Below are positions 18,212-28,260 of a DNA stretch of 62,782 bases, in pieces. The position numbers and the translations under genes are program-made. Source of the stretch: Deltaproteobacteria bacterium (GTDB taxonomy: Bacteria > Bacillota > Desulfotomaculia > Desulfotomaculales > JAGUVT01); assembly GCA_020062745.1 (NCBI GenBank), contig JAGUVT010000016.1, positions 1 to 62,782 on the forward strand, read 5' to 3'. The notes under the pieces are model-generated. The model was given only the letters and a program-made list of their open reading frames with translations. It was not told where the DNA came from and searched no databases. The first letter of the stretch is position 1; every line of letters starts with the position of its first letter.

Positions 18212-18241
18212 TTGACAAGTTCTGCTGGTTTCGTTTAGAAT
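18212..18241 (+). promoter_or_regulatory. Candidate sigma-A promoter for metG (TTGACA-18-TAGAAT)
   Basis: Hexamers read directly, about 75 nt upstream of the metG start. Confidence 0.45.
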
Positions 18242-18316
18242 TAGTTTGTGCAGCCTCTGCCGCTTAGTAAATTGTCTGGCAGGGGTTTGTCTTTTAAAAA
18301 AGAAAGAGGGAGAATT

Positions 18317-19936
18317 GTGCCTAAACCGACTTTTTATATCAGCACTCCTATTTATTACCCAAGCGACAATTTGCATATCGGACATGCTTATACTACTGTA
18401 GCGGCTGATGCCATGGCCCGTTTCAAACGGCTTACCGGCCACGATGTCTGGTTTTTGACCGGTTCGGACGAACATGGCCAGAAGATCGAGCGGGCGGCCA
18501 GGGCGAAGGGAGAAACCCCGCAGGGGTATGTGGATAAAATCGTAGAAGGGTTCAAATATCTTTGGACCCGGTTGGAGGTTAATTACAGCGATTTTATCCG
18601 TACCACCGAGGAGCGCCACAAGCGGGTGGTATCGGCAATCTTCCAGAAGCTTTACGATCAGGGAGATATTTACAAGGCCGGCTATGAAGGCTGGTACTGC
18701 ACGCCTTGTGAGACATTCTGGCCGGAGGGCAGGCTAGTGGAAGGCAACTGCCCGGACTGCGGGCGGCCGGTGGAACTCCTGCAGGAAGAGAGCTATTTTT
18801 TCAAGATGTCCAATTATGCCGGCCGGATCCTGCAGCACATCGAAACCCACCCCGGCTTTATCCAGCCTGCCAGCCGCCGCAATGAGATGATCAGTTTCAT
18901 TAAGAGCGGCCTGGAAGATCTGTGTGTCTCCCGCACCACTTTTAACTGGGGTATACCGGTTCCTTTTGACCCTAAACACGTCATTTATGTATGGGTGGAT
19001 GCTTTAACGAACTACATTTCAGCTCTCGGTTACGGTACGGAGGATGACGGCCTGTTTCGGAAGTACTGGCCCTGTGATGTGCATCTAGTCGGGAAGGATA
19101 TCGTGCGTTTTCACAGTATTATCTGGCCGGTTATTTTAATGGCGGCCGGGGTTGAACTGCCCAGGCAAGTAGTCGGCCACGGGTGGCTTCTTCTGGAAAG
19201 CGGCAAGATGTCCAAATCCAGGGGCAATGTGGTAGATCCCCTGGTTCTTATCGACCGGTACGGTGTGGATGCCGTCCGCTATTACTTGCTGCGGGAGATG
19301 CCTGTCGGCAGCGATGCCTATTACTCGGAAGAATTGCTGGTGAAACGCATTAATACGGATCTGGCCAATGATTTGGGGAACCTGGTCAGCCGTACAATAG
19401 CAATGATTGAAAAGTATTTCGATGGAAAAATAAAGGAACCCGCCGCTCCTGAAGAACTTGATCAGGAATTGATTGAACTGGCGGGGCAGGTTCCGGCTCA
19501 GGTGGAAGAACTGATGGACCGGCTGGAAATTGCCGATGCGCTGGCAGCCATCTGGCGCCTGGTGGGCCGGGCCAACAAGTATGTGGAAGAAACTGCCCCC
19601 TGGGCGCTGGCTAAAAACCCGGCCAGCCGGTCCCGCCTGGCCACCGTTTTGTATAACCTGGCGGAAAGCCTGCGCCTGATTGCCATTATGACCGGGTCTT
19701 TCATGCCTTTGTTGCCGCAAAGGATATGGTCTCAGTTAGGCATAGCCGATCGTCCGGAACTGCAATCCTGGGACTCGCTGGCCTGGGGGAGATTACCCTT
19801 CGAGAGAGATGAAACTGTGGTTGTAACTACGGCTGAGTCAAAACTAAGTGCTCCTGCCCCTTCGGTTATAACGGTTAAACGGGGGGAACCGTTGTTTCCT
19901 CGCATCGACCCGGCTTCTTTGGCTGGCGGAGGATAG
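18317..19936 (+). CDS. metG: Methionine--tRNA ligase (short form, no C-terminal EMAP/tRNA-binding domain)
   Basis: HIGHAYT (HIGH), KMSKSRGN (KMSKS), zinc knuckle CTPC...CPDCG. GTG at 18317 follows GAGGGAG. Confidence 0.96.
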   Translation: MPKPTFYISTPIYYPSDNLHIGHAYTTVAADAMARFKRLTGHDVWFLTGSDEHGQKIERAARAKGETPQGYVDKIVEGFKYLWTRLEVNYSDFIRTTEERHKRVVSAIFQKLYDQGDIYKAGYEGWYCTPCETFWPEGRLVEGNCPDCGRPVELLQEESYFFKMSNYAGRILQHIETHPGFIQPASRRNEMISFIKSGLEDLCVSRTTFNWGIPVPFDPKHVIYVWVDALTNYISALGYGTEDDGLFRKYWPCDVHLVGKDIVRFHSIIWPVILMAAGVELPRQVVGHGWLLLESGKMSKSRGNVVDPLVLIDRYGVDAVRYYLLREMPVGSDAYYSEELLVKRINTDLANDLGNLVSRTIAMIEKYFDGKIKEPAAPEELDQELIELAGQVPAQVEELMDRLEIADALAAIWRLVGRANKYVEETAPWALAKNPASRSRLATVLYNLAESLRLIAIMTGSFMPLLPQRIWSQLGIADRPELQSWDSLAWGRLPFERDETVVVTTAESKLSAPAPSVITVKRGEPLFPRIDPASLAGGG

Positions 19937-19943
19937 GTTTTAA

Positions 19944-20720
19944 ATGGGAGATTTGTTGCTTTTTGACACCCACACCCACCTCGGCGATCCGGATTTTGAC
20001 CAGGACCGGGCCCAGGTAATTGACCGGGCTGTGGTTGCCGGCCTGGTTAATATTATAAACGTGGGCTACGACCTGGAATCGGCCCGGTGGTCAGTGACCC
20101 TGGCAGAGGAGTATGATTTTATTTACGCTGCCGTGGGCATTCACCCTCATGAAGCGGCGAAGGTTCCCCCGGACTATCTTGCTGTGTTGGAGCAGTTGGC
20201 CGCCCACCCGAAGGTAAAAGCACTGGGTGAAATGGGTCTGGATTATTACCGCAATCTTTCCCCGCGACCGGTTCAGCAGCAGGTATTCAGGGAACAACTG
20301 GCGCTGGCCAGGGAATTGGATTTACCGGTTGTCATCCACGACCGGGACGCTCATGGGGATGTTCTTAAGCTTTTATGCCGGGACGGTGCGGGGCGGGCCG
20401 GCGGGGTAATGCATTGTTTTTCCGGCAGTTGGGAAATGGCCGGGGAATGTATTGATCTGGGGTTTTACATTTCTATTGCCGGGCCGGTGACTTTCCCGAA
20501 CGCTGCCCGGCTGAAAGATGTTGCCGCCCGTGTACCCTTGGATCGCCTGCTGCTGGAAACCGACGCCCCTTACCTTACCCCGGTTCCGTACCGGGGGCGG
20601 CGCAACGAGCCGGCCAATGTCCGCTGCGTGGTGGAGGAAATAGCCCGGCTTAAAGGGATGAATCCGGATGTGCTGGGCGGGGCGGTTGTGGAGAACGGCC
20701 GGCGCCTGTTCAGGATTTAA
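19944..20720 (+). CDS. tatD: TatD-family metal-dependent DNase/hydrolase (YabD)
   Basis: FDTHTHL, GEMGLDY, VIHDRDAH, ETDAPYL. Confidence 0.93.
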   Translation: MGDLLLFDTHTHLGDPDFDQDRAQVIDRAVVAGLVNIINVGYDLESARWSVTLAEEYDFIYAAVGIHPHEAAKVPPDYLAVLEQLAAHPKVKALGEMGLDYYRNLSPRPVQQQVFREQLALARELDLPVVIHDRDAHGDVLKLLCRDGAGRAGGVMHCFSGSWEMAGECIDLGFYISIAGPVTFPNAARLKDVAARVPLDRLLLETDAPYLTPVPYRGRRNEPANVRCVVEEIARLKGMNPDVLGGAVVENGRRLFRI

Positions 20721-20739
20721 AAGGGTGGAAGGGTTGTAA

Positions 20740-21267
20740 ATGAACAAGGGGCTATTGCTGGTGTTTACAGGGGACGGTAAAGGGAAAACTACGGCTGCCC
20801 TGGGAATGGCTTTAAGAGCGTGGGGGCAGGGGATGAAAGTTTTAGTCCTTCAATTTATCAAAGGCAGATGGGAGTCCGGTGAATTAAAAGCGGCTGAACG
20901 GTTAGGTCCTGGTTTTGCAATCAGGCAACTGGGCGGTGGGTTTACTCGCGACCCTGCCGGCCAGGTGCTGGAAGAGCACCGGGAGATTGCCCAAAAGGCG
21001 CTGTTATTTGCCCGTGACAAACTGAAGGCCGGAGATTACGACATGGTCATTCTAGATGAAATTCTTTATGCCCTAAAGTTTGGCCTGATTTCTTTAGAGG
21101 AAGTCCTTGTGCTTGTTTCTGAAAAGCCGGAAAACCTGCACCTGGTTTTAACTGGCCGCAATGCCCCGCCGGAAATTATCAGACAGGCCGACCTGGTGAC
21201 TGAGATGCGGTCAGTCAAGCACCATTTTGCCAGCGATATTCCGGCCCAAATGGGAATAGAATTTTAA
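20740..21267 (+). CDS. cobO: Cob(I)yrinic acid a,c-diamide adenosyltransferase (CobO/BtuR type)
   Basis: VFTGDGKGKTTAALGMALRAWGQG, VLQFIKG, LDE. Confidence 0.88.
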   Translation: MNKGLLLVFTGDGKGKTTAALGMALRAWGQGMKVLVLQFIKGRWESGELKAAERLGPGFAIRQLGGGFTRDPAGQVLEEHREIAQKALLFARDKLKAGDYDMVILDEILYALKFGLISLEEVLVLVSEKPENLHLVLTGRNAPPEIIRQADLVTEMRSVKHHFASDIPAQMGIEF

Positions 21268-21443
21268 TCACCTTTTGCCGGGAGGGCAAATATAATTAAT
21301 GGGGTAATATACGCGTGTCATATTGTGTTGTATATCCGGTGAATTTTTGTGGCCTTAAAAGGAAGGAATTTTTGGTTTGATTGTAGAACTAACTAAATGG
21401 TCTGGTTTTATGAAAGCCGGTTTGTTGGTAAGGGAGGTGTTTC

Positions 21444-22454
21444 ATGGGGTGGAGTGTTATCAAGCGGGCAAGGAAGGAAACCCTTAAAGAAAAACCCGGG
21501 CGCCGGGGTATTTTGTTCATATGGGCAGTGGTGGTTTTAGTAGCAGGAGGGTTATTGTTTGCAGGCTATGCCTGGGCGCAAAAGTCGGTGGTTCTTGTTA
21601 TTGACGGGCAGGAAAAAGAAATACATACTTTTGCCTACAAAGTAAGCGGCGTCTTGAGGGGACAGGGTATAATCCTGAGTGAAAAAGACGAAGTGACTCC
21701 CGGTTTGGTTGATCCGGTCGAAGATGGTATGGTAGTAGTGGTGAGCAAGGCGGTGCCGGTTAACATCGCTGTAGATGGCCGTGAATTTCAGGCCATGACC
21801 TGCCGTCGGAAGGTAGCCGAGGTGCTTTCCGAGTATGGTGTTAACCTTGACCCGGCAGACGAGGTTAACCCTACCCTGGACACAGAAGTGGTTGCCGGCA
21901 TGGAGATTGTGATAACCAGAGTGAGTACCGGGTTGGAGTATAAGGATGTGCCTGTTGTATACAACACCAGGCGAAATTATACTGCGGAACTGCCTCCAGG
22001 CGCCATGCAGGTGGTACGCGGAGGAGAAAACGGTATCAAGCGCCAGTGGTGGCAGGTTACCTATCGTGATGGCCGGGAGGTTGAGCGATCCCTAACAAAG
22101 CAGGAAATTTTAAAGCCGCCGGTTGACCGGCTATTGCGGGTAGGGAGCGAGCTGATTGTCTCCAGGGGAGGGGAACCGCTCCGTTATTCCCGGGTTTTGG
22201 AGATGCTGGCTACGGCTTATACTTATACCGGGAATAATACAGCATCCGGTAAGCCGCCTCATTTTGGCGTGGCGGCAGTTGATACCCGCGTTATACCAAT
22301 GCATACCAGGCTTTATGTGGAAGGATACGGCTATGCTGTTGCCCTGGACCGGGGCGGCGCCATAAAAGGAAACCGTATCGACCTATTTTATGAAACCGGT
22401 GCAGAAGCCAGAAGATGGGGCGTGCGCAAGGTAAAGGTTTATATTTTAGAGTAG
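21444..22454 (+). CDS. YabE/RpfB-like cell-wall protein (DUF348 repeats, G5, C-terminal 3D domain)
   Basis: N-terminal TM, repeated DUF348-like units, G5-like middle, and the 3D-domain motif ATAYTYTGNNTASG...GGAIKGNRIDLF. Confidence 0.85.
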   Translation: MGWSVIKRARKETLKEKPGRRGILFIWAVVVLVAGGLLFAGYAWAQKSVVLVIDGQEKEIHTFAYKVSGVLRGQGIILSEKDEVTPGLVDPVEDGMVVVVSKAVPVNIAVDGREFQAMTCRRKVAEVLSEYGVNLDPADEVNPTLDTEVVAGMEIVITRVSTGLEYKDVPVVYNTRRNYTAELPPGAMQVVRGGENGIKRQWWQVTYRDGREVERSLTKQEILKPPVDRLLRVGSELIVSRGGEPLRYSRVLEMLATAYTYTGNNTASGKPPHFGVAAVDTRVIPMHTRLYVEGYGYAVALDRGGAIKGNRIDLFYETGAEARRWGVRKVKVYILE

Positions 22455-22589
22455 CCACCCATCAATATTTTTGAAGTTGGGAGCGAAAAGCTCCTTTTTG
22501 TTTTGCCCGGAATGTGGAATAATAGAAAGGGGATAACAAAAGGATGTCGAATTACCTCAAGGGCAGGATCTTATGAAGGGGATCGGGCA

Positions 22590-23468
22590 ATGAATAATCT
22601 GGCTTCCGTGGCCGGTACGCGGGCACTGTTGAACAGTTATGGTTTTCGTTACCGGAAGAGTTTAGGCCAGAATTTTCTGGTTGATGCCGGTATTATTCAG
22701 AAAATTGTCGATACTGTTGAACCGGCCCCAATGGATGTGGTTATAGAAATCGGTCCCGGTCTGGGAACTCTTACCAGGCAGATAGCCAGGCGTGTAAGGA
22801 TGCTACTGGCGGTGGAGATTGATCCCCGCCTGTTGCCGATACTGGCAGATACTCTAAGCGGATATAATCATATCGAGATAATTCAGGGTGACGCTTTGGA
22901 GATTGATTTTGATCACCTGGTGGCGGCTAAAACGGCAAGTGAATTTGGGCAGGAAGGCAAGCCGTATAAACTGGTAGCCAACCTGCCCTATTATATTACC
23001 AGCCCGCTCCTGACCCGTCTGGTACTGGAGCGATTTAACATGTCTATGATGGTAATCATGGTACAACAGGAGGTAGCAGCTCGTTTAACGGCCGCGCCGG
23101 GGAACAAGAGTTATGGGTCGCTAAGTGTGCTTATCCAGTATTTTACGGAGCCGGAGCTGGTTTTTCAGGTGCCCCGGACGGCGTTCCATCCTTCACCGGG
23201 AGTGGATTCGGCTGTTGTGCAGCTGCGGGTTCGACCGGAACCGGCGGTGAGCGTTCTGGATGAAGCTCTTTTCTTTAAGGTGGTGAGGGCATCCTTTGCC
23301 CGGCGCCGCAAAAACATCCTGAATGCTTTGAGTGGCGCGATGGGTGGGATTTCTAAAGAGAAATGGCGTATAATACTGGAAAAGGCCGGTATAGATCCGG
23401 GGCGTAGAGGAGAAACTTTTAGTCTTACTGAGTTTGCTACAGTGGCCGATATGATCAAGGTCCTTTAA
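22590..23468 (+). CDS. rsmA: 16S rRNA (adenine1518/1519-N6)-dimethyltransferase
   Basis: KSLGQNFL, EIGPGLGTLT, NLPYYITSP. The ATG at 22590 is preferred over the listed 22503 start. Confidence 0.95.
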   Translation: MNNLASVAGTRALLNSYGFRYRKSLGQNFLVDAGIIQKIVDTVEPAPMDVVIEIGPGLGTLTRQIARRVRMLLAVEIDPRLLPILADTLSGYNHIEIIQGDALEIDFDHLVAAKTASEFGQEGKPYKLVANLPYYITSPLLTRLVLERFNMSMMVIMVQQEVAARLTAAPGNKSYGSLSVLIQYFTEPELVFQVPRTAFHPSPGVDSAVVQLRVRPEPAVSVLDEALFFKVVRASFARRRKNILNALSGAMGGISKEKWRIILEKAGIDPGRRGETFSLTEFATVADMIKVL

Positions 23469-23485
23469 GGAAAGAGGAGAAAAAA

Positions 23486-23956
23486 GTGCATTTTATCAGT
23501 CCTTCCAAAGGAAGAATGAACTTTGAAGAAATGATGACGGATATAACCGGTTATATTAAAGGGCTCCCCACCTCGCTGTATAAAATTATTATTGGTACCG
23601 ACTCACAGGTGAAAAGTGAGACCTCATTTATTACTGCTGTTATTGTGCACCGTATTGGCAAAGGAGCGCGTTATTATTACCATAAAAAAACCCACCGCAA
23701 GATAAAAAGCCTGCGCCAGAAAATTTTTCACGAGACCTCTTTAAGTTTGGAACTGGGGGGAATGGTGGCCAGGTTTTTTGCCAGAAGCGGCTATGAAGAC
23801 ATGAAGGTGGAGATTCATATTGATGTCGGCAATAATGGTGAGACTAAAGATCTAATTCGTGAAGTGGTAGGTATGGTTACCGGCAGCGGTTTCCGGGCCA
23901 GGATCAAGCCGGATGCTTACGGCGCATCCAGCGTAGCGGATAAACACACCAAGTAA
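23486..23956 (+). CDS. YkuK-family RNase H-like protein (DUF458)
   Basis: SPSKGRMNFEEMM...IIGTDSQV...TAVIVHRIGKGARYYY...LRQKIFHETSLSLE is collinear with Bacillus YkuK as I recall it. Confidence 0.75.
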   Translation: MHFISPSKGRMNFEEMMTDITGYIKGLPTSLYKIIIGTDSQVKSETSFITAVIVHRIGKGARYYYHKKTHRKIKSLRQKIFHETSLSLELGGMVARFFARSGYEDMKVEIHIDVGNNGETKDLIREVVGMVTGSGFRARIKPDAYGASSVADKHTK

Positions 23957-23973
23957 ATAAATTGCCACAATAT

Positions 23974-24768
23974 TTATGATATTTTAAGAAACTCCTCCAG
24001 CAAATCCCAGCGCCTTTCCAGGTGGTATCCGATGTATTCTTTTTGGCCGTCTGACCGGCAGCGTTTTTCGCTGCGGTGCAGGCAGAAAGCTTCCAGGTAG
24101 TCCCCGATAATTGTTTCGGCCACGAGCCGGGCATGTTCGGGGTCTTTTTCCGGTGAGCCGAGCATTTTATGCGGAATGACAGTACCTACTGCTACGGTCA
24201 GGCGCTGCCTGGCGGCCAGGGCCAGGGTTGCAGGGGGGATGGCCAGTTCCCGGAAAGGGATAGCCTGCAGCAGGCGCCGGGAAACGGCATGCGGTCCGTG
24301 GGAAGGGGAAGCGGCGCCGATGGTTTTGAACAGGCCGGCTTCCTTGTTGAATTCCTGCCGGATTTGCAAAAGATACCTGGCCAGAGAAGAGAGTTTTCTG
24401 GGGTAGTTCTCAGGGTAGCAATCGGTCAGGGCCAGGTCGGCTTCTTTCCGGATGATTAGATCAAGCAAGCCCCCAAGGTTTTCCGCAATGTCTCCGCTCA
24501 TATCCCCGTCGAGGAACAATACGCCGGTTGCCCCGCGGTCAAAGGCCAGCTTTGCTCCGATCGCCCTGGGGATATCAATGCCGAGGGCTTGTTTATAGTG
24601 TACCGGGGTGATATTAAAATAGAGAAATTTTTTAACTTTTTCCAGGGAGTTGTCGGTACACCCGTTGATAACCGGTATGATCAGATCGACGGGCAGGGAT
24701 GAAAGAGTGCGGATCACTTTTTCCAGTTGGGGCGCTTCGTTTCTGGCCGGAACGACGGCTGCGAACAT
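23974..24768 (-). CDS. GT-A fold glycosyltransferase family 2-like protein
   Basis: VVPARNEA start motif and DGD (DxD-like). GGGAGG RBS. Confidence 0.55.
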   Translation of the reverse strand: MFAAVVPARNEAPQLEKVIRTLSSLPVDLIIPVINGCTDNSLEKVKKFLYFNITPVHYKQALGIDIPRAIGAKLAFDRGATGVLFLDGDMSGDIAENLGGLLDLIIRKEADLALTDCYPENYPRKLSSLARYLLQIRQEFNKEAGLFKTIGAASPSHGPHAVSRRLLQAIPFRELAIPPATLALAARQRLTVAVGTVIPHKMLGSPEKDPEHARLVAETIIGDYLEAFCLHRSEKRCRSDGQKEYIGYHLERRWDLLEEFLKIS

Positions 24769-24878
24769 GGCATCCTCCCGCTCTTTTTAACATTATATGG
24801 TAAATTAAGGGAAATGTTGCTGGCCGCTGGTACATTACTCGAACCCCCTCATAATATGTTTTAAAGGGGGGTATTTCC

Positions 24879-25754
24879 ATGGATAAAATAAAAATAGGGG
24901 ACATTGTGGGCCGTAAATCTTACAGCTCCGATATTTTTTTTAAGGTAATCGATCTTTTCCCCGAAGCAGACGGCAGAAAGCACGCTCACTTAAAAGGCCT
25001 GCACTTGAGGCTTTGTGCCCGGGCGCCGGTAGATGACCTGGTTAAAATTGAGCCGTCCGCTCTGGCCGCTTACCTGGTCGAGCAGACTAAAAAAAACAAC
25101 GAGCGCCTGCACCGGATATTTACCAGGCGCATGCAGGAAAAGGAATTTTTTATGGGCCGGGCGGTTAAAAAAGATCAGAAACAGGTGGAAGGGTTTGATG
25201 TGCCGGGCCGGGTGCTGCATCTGGACGGAGACAAAGATTATCTGGAACTCTGCCTTACCACCTATAAACAACTGGGCATTCCGGCTGATGGCTACAATGT
25301 TCAGGAAGAAAACCAGCCAGCCGAAGTGGGGAAGCTTTTGGAAAAGCACCATCCGGACCTGCTGGTGCTGACCGGACATGACGGGTTTATCAAGGGAAAA
25401 AAGGATTTTACCGATGTTAACAATTACCATTCTTCAGGATTTTTTGTGGAGGCAGTAAAAAAAGCCCGCCTTTATGAAAAGAGCATGGATGATCTGGTTA
25501 TTTTTGCCGGCGCCTGCCAGTCCCATTATGAATCTATTTTAAACGCCGGCGCCAATTTTGCCAGTTCACCCCGGAGGGTAATGATTCATGCCTACGATCC
25601 TGTTTTTGTAGTAGAGAAAATAGCCTACACTTCAATTTACGACCCGATTTCTATTAAAGACATCATAGCCGGAACTATTACCGGGTTTGACGGCATAGGC
25701 GGTCTGGAGACCCGCGGCAAGTACCGCCTCGGCATACCGAAATCACCTTATTAG
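24879..25754 (+). CDS. yabG: Sporulation-specific peptidase YabG (U57)
   Basis: LVLTGHDG, NYHSS, IFAGACQSHYE, GGLETRGK. Syntenic after ksgA. Confidence 0.9.
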   Translation: MDKIKIGDIVGRKSYSSDIFFKVIDLFPEADGRKHAHLKGLHLRLCARAPVDDLVKIEPSALAAYLVEQTKKNNERLHRIFTRRMQEKEFFMGRAVKKDQKQVEGFDVPGRVLHLDGDKDYLELCLTTYKQLGIPADGYNVQEENQPAEVGKLLEKHHPDLLVLTGHDGFIKGKKDFTDVNNYHSSGFFVEAVKKARLYEKSMDDLVIFAGACQSHYESILNAGANFASSPRRVMIHAYDPVFVVEKIAYTSIYDPISIKDIIAGTITGFDGIGGLETRGKYRLGIPKSPY

Positions 25755-26015
25755 ACGCTCATGCTGCGTTGCGGCACCAGCAGTGGAATGAAAATGCTGT
25801 ATGTCGTTGCGAGGATAAGCCGAAGCCGCGAGCGAAGCGTGGCGGGTAGCGACGAAGCAATCTTAAGGGCAACGTTTGCGAGTATGAGATTGCTTCGCGA
25901 GAAGCACTCGCAATGACACAGTAAGGGGTCATTTTCAGGGTAGGGTAGGCTCGGAATTCAGGAGATAGAAGTCAGAATTGAATGGCTGTTAGCTGATGGC
26001 TGACGGCTTAATTTT
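25754..26015. repeat. Intergenic repeat locus L3 (C block, full module A, tail, module B)
   Basis: GACGCTCATGCTGCGTTGCGGCACCAGC..., GTCGTTGCGAG...CGAAGCAATCTT...GAGATTGCTTCG...CTCGCAATGAC, GGGGTCATTTTCAGG, GCTGTTAGCTGATGGCTGACGGCT. Confidence 0.85.
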
Positions 26016-26085
26016 TTTCAGAGGGAACTTTTAGGCTGTTTTGATCGTCTAACTAATAAACGGAAAAAGAAGGGATGTCGCCGTT

Positions 26086-28032
26086 ATGAAAAAGGGTAAA
26101 GTGGTTTTGTTTTCTTTCTCGGCGGTGATTTTTGTGGCTATGGTGCTGGCCGGATTGTCGCCGGAGAATTCGGACGCAGAGCGGCTGAAAAAGTTTTCTT
26201 CTTACGAGGAACTGAATCGTTACATTGAAACCAGCGTGACGGTGTTTAGATCCAGGAGTCAAAAATCCTTGCCTGAAACAATGACGGCGCCGGCAGCCGG
26301 CTTGGGGCTGGATGATTCTGTCGGGCAGGCGGAGGAAAACGCCATGGACAGCGCGGCGGTGGATTTTTCCACCACGAACGTGCAGGTTGCCGGTGTGGAT
26401 GAAGCTGACATTGTAAAGAGCGATGGAAAGTATCTGTATCTGGTTTCCGGTAAAAAAGTGGCTATTGTCGAGGCCTACCCGCCTGAAGGGGCAAAAATTT
26501 TGGCCGAAGTGGGGCTGGAAGGAGAGCCGTGCGGTATATTTATCAATCAAGACAGGATGATTGTTTTTACCAGGCGCTGGTCTTTACAAGAGTCGCTGGA
26601 GGTTAAAGTGTACGACGTGGCCGACCGGGCGAACCCGGTATTGAAAAGGGAGGCTTTGGTAAACGGCGGTTACCTTAATTCCCGGATGATTGGTGATTAT
26701 ATTTATGTTATTGCCGCCGTCCCGGTCAACCTGCCCGGACTGGCGGGTTATCCCGGCGGGAAGGTAAACCTGCCGGAGATAATTATAGACGGCCGTACCG
26801 TTGCTGTACCGGCGACGGACGTTTACTACTTTGATTACCCCGATTATGCCTACCGGTATACGGTAATGCTTTCCTTGAATGCCCGGGACGAGAGCCGGGA
26901 AGTAACTACAAAAACCTTTTTAACCGGCGTCACGCAAAATATTTTTGTTTCGCAGAAAAACATTTACCTGACCGGCTTCAAAATGCCCGAATTCCATCCG
27001 CTGCGGGATGAGACGGACCGGGTGGCGCTGCCGCTGCCTCCGGGCGGGATCCGGGAAGTGGGTAAAACAGTGGTGCACAAGCTTTCCATAGCAGACGGCG
27101 GGATAGAATACAAATCCCAGGGCGAGGTGCCCGGTCAAGTTTTAAACCAGTTTTCCATGGATGAACACCGGGGGTTTTTTAGAATTGCCACCACGGCGGA
27201 TGGTTTCGGGGCGGAGGGAATGACCAGGGTTAACAATATTTATGTTTTGGATGAAAAGATGAATATGGCTGGTCGGCTGGAGGGGCTGGCGCCGGGAGAA
27301 AGAATTTACGCGGCGCGGTTTATGGGCGATAGGGCCTACCTGGTCACGTTCCGGCAGGTGGATCCCCTGTTTGTGGTGGACTTAAAGGATCCATACAGCC
27401 CGAAAGTCCTGGGGGAATTGAAGATACCCGGTTATTCGGATTACCTGCACCCATACGACGAAAACCATCTGATCGGCGTCGGCAGGGAAGTGGCGGCGGT
27501 TCCTCTACCGGAGCCTCTGCGGGAGTCGCGGGGCGAGGCTCAGCCCTCCGTGGCGATTGTACCTCCACCCGTGCGGCCGCAGGGGGTGAAAATAGCCCTT
27601 TTTGATGTCAGCGACCCGGGAAAACCGAAAGAAATGGCTAAATACGTGGTGGATAAACAATGGTCGGATTCTTCCGCCTTGCGGGATCATAAGGCGTTTT
27701 TGTTCAGCCGGGCGAAGAACTTGCTGGTGCTTCCCATCTCATACGCAGTGCTGCTGGCAAACCCTGATGGTTGGGAAATAGCTCCCTATTACCGGAACTG
27801 GCAGGGGGCGTATGTATTTGACATTTCTTTGGACGGGGGAATAGTCCTGAAGGGACAGGTAGGGCACGGAGAAGACGGCGCGGTATCTATACAGAAAACC
27901 GGTCATGCGGTAAGCAGGGAGGTAAGAAGATCTCTTTATATCGACCGGATACTATATACAATTTCCGATAAAATGGTCAGGATGAACGACCTGGAAAGCC
28001 TGGAGGCGGTAAACCAGGTTGACCTGCAGTAA
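26086..28032 (+). CDS. Secreted beta-propeller domain protein (Beta_propel/COG4880-like)
   Basis: Signal anchor. VAGVDEADIVKSDGKYLY, NQFSMDEHRGFFRIATT, ARFMGDRAYLVTFRQVDPLFVVDL, PGYSDYLHPYDENHLIG. Confidence 0.85.
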   Translation: MKKGKVVLFSFSAVIFVAMVLAGLSPENSDAERLKKFSSYEELNRYIETSVTVFRSRSQKSLPETMTAPAAGLGLDDSVGQAEENAMDSAAVDFSTTNVQVAGVDEADIVKSDGKYLYLVSGKKVAIVEAYPPEGAKILAEVGLEGEPCGIFINQDRMIVFTRRWSLQESLEVKVYDVADRANPVLKREALVNGGYLNSRMIGDYIYVIAAVPVNLPGLAGYPGGKVNLPEIIIDGRTVAVPATDVYYFDYPDYAYRYTVMLSLNARDESREVTTKTFLTGVTQNIFVSQKNIYLTGFKMPEFHPLRDETDRVALPLPPGGIREVGKTVVHKLSIADGGIEYKSQGEVPGQVLNQFSMDEHRGFFRIATTADGFGAEGMTRVNNIYVLDEKMNMAGRLEGLAPGERIYAARFMGDRAYLVTFRQVDPLFVVDLKDPYSPKVLGELKIPGYSDYLHPYDENHLIGVGREVAAVPLPEPLRESRGEAQPSVAIVPPPVRPQGVKIALFDVSDPGKPKEMAKYVVDKQWSDSSALRDHKAFLFSRAKNLLVLPISYAVLLANPDGWEIAPYYRNWQGAYVFDISLDGGIVLKGQVGHGEDGAVSIQKTGHAVSREVRRSLYIDRILYTISDKMVRMNDLESLEAVNQVDLQ

Positions 28033-28080
28033 TTTCCGGGTTTTTTAAGCAAAATTTGTTTTGAAAAAAACCATATTTCA

Positions 28081-28200
28081 CCTGAAAATCGCCCTTTTTG
28101 TCATTGCGAGCCGCCCTCATATGTCATTGCGAGCGCCTCCCGCGAAGCAATCTCATTGACCCGAAGGGGATTGCCGCGGGCTTAAAGCCCTCGCAATGAC
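28081..28200. repeat. Intergenic repeat locus L4 (tail plus module A with a duplicated left terminus)
   Basis: CCTGAAAATCGCCCTTTTTGTCATTGCGAG, a second GTCATTGCGAG at 28123, CGAAGCAATCTC, and CTCGCAATGAC at 28190. Confidence 0.85.
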
Positions 28201-28260
28201 GCAGGGTGTGCTGACATTTTCATTCTTTGCGGCTGTGCCGCGCAAAGGCGGCATGAGTGT

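Noticed and set aside
18085-18316. Possible T-box leader upstream of metG
   Set aside because: I could find no T-box consensus (AATTAGGGTGGTACCGCG-like), no specifier-loop architecture and no terminator/antiterminator pair. The region is better explained by divergent abrB and metG promoters.
21268-21443. ydaO/c-di-AMP riboswitch upstream of the yabE/RpfB-like gene
   Set aside because: This riboswitch class is known upstream of cell-wall hydrolase genes. None of the conserved ACGGGG/CCGA-type core segments are visible here.
22503-22589. N-terminal 29-aa extension of rsmA in the listed ORF (possible remnant of rnmV)
   Set aside because: The extension has no similarity to RnmV/Toprim. The canonical RsmA N-terminus begins at the internal ATG 22590.
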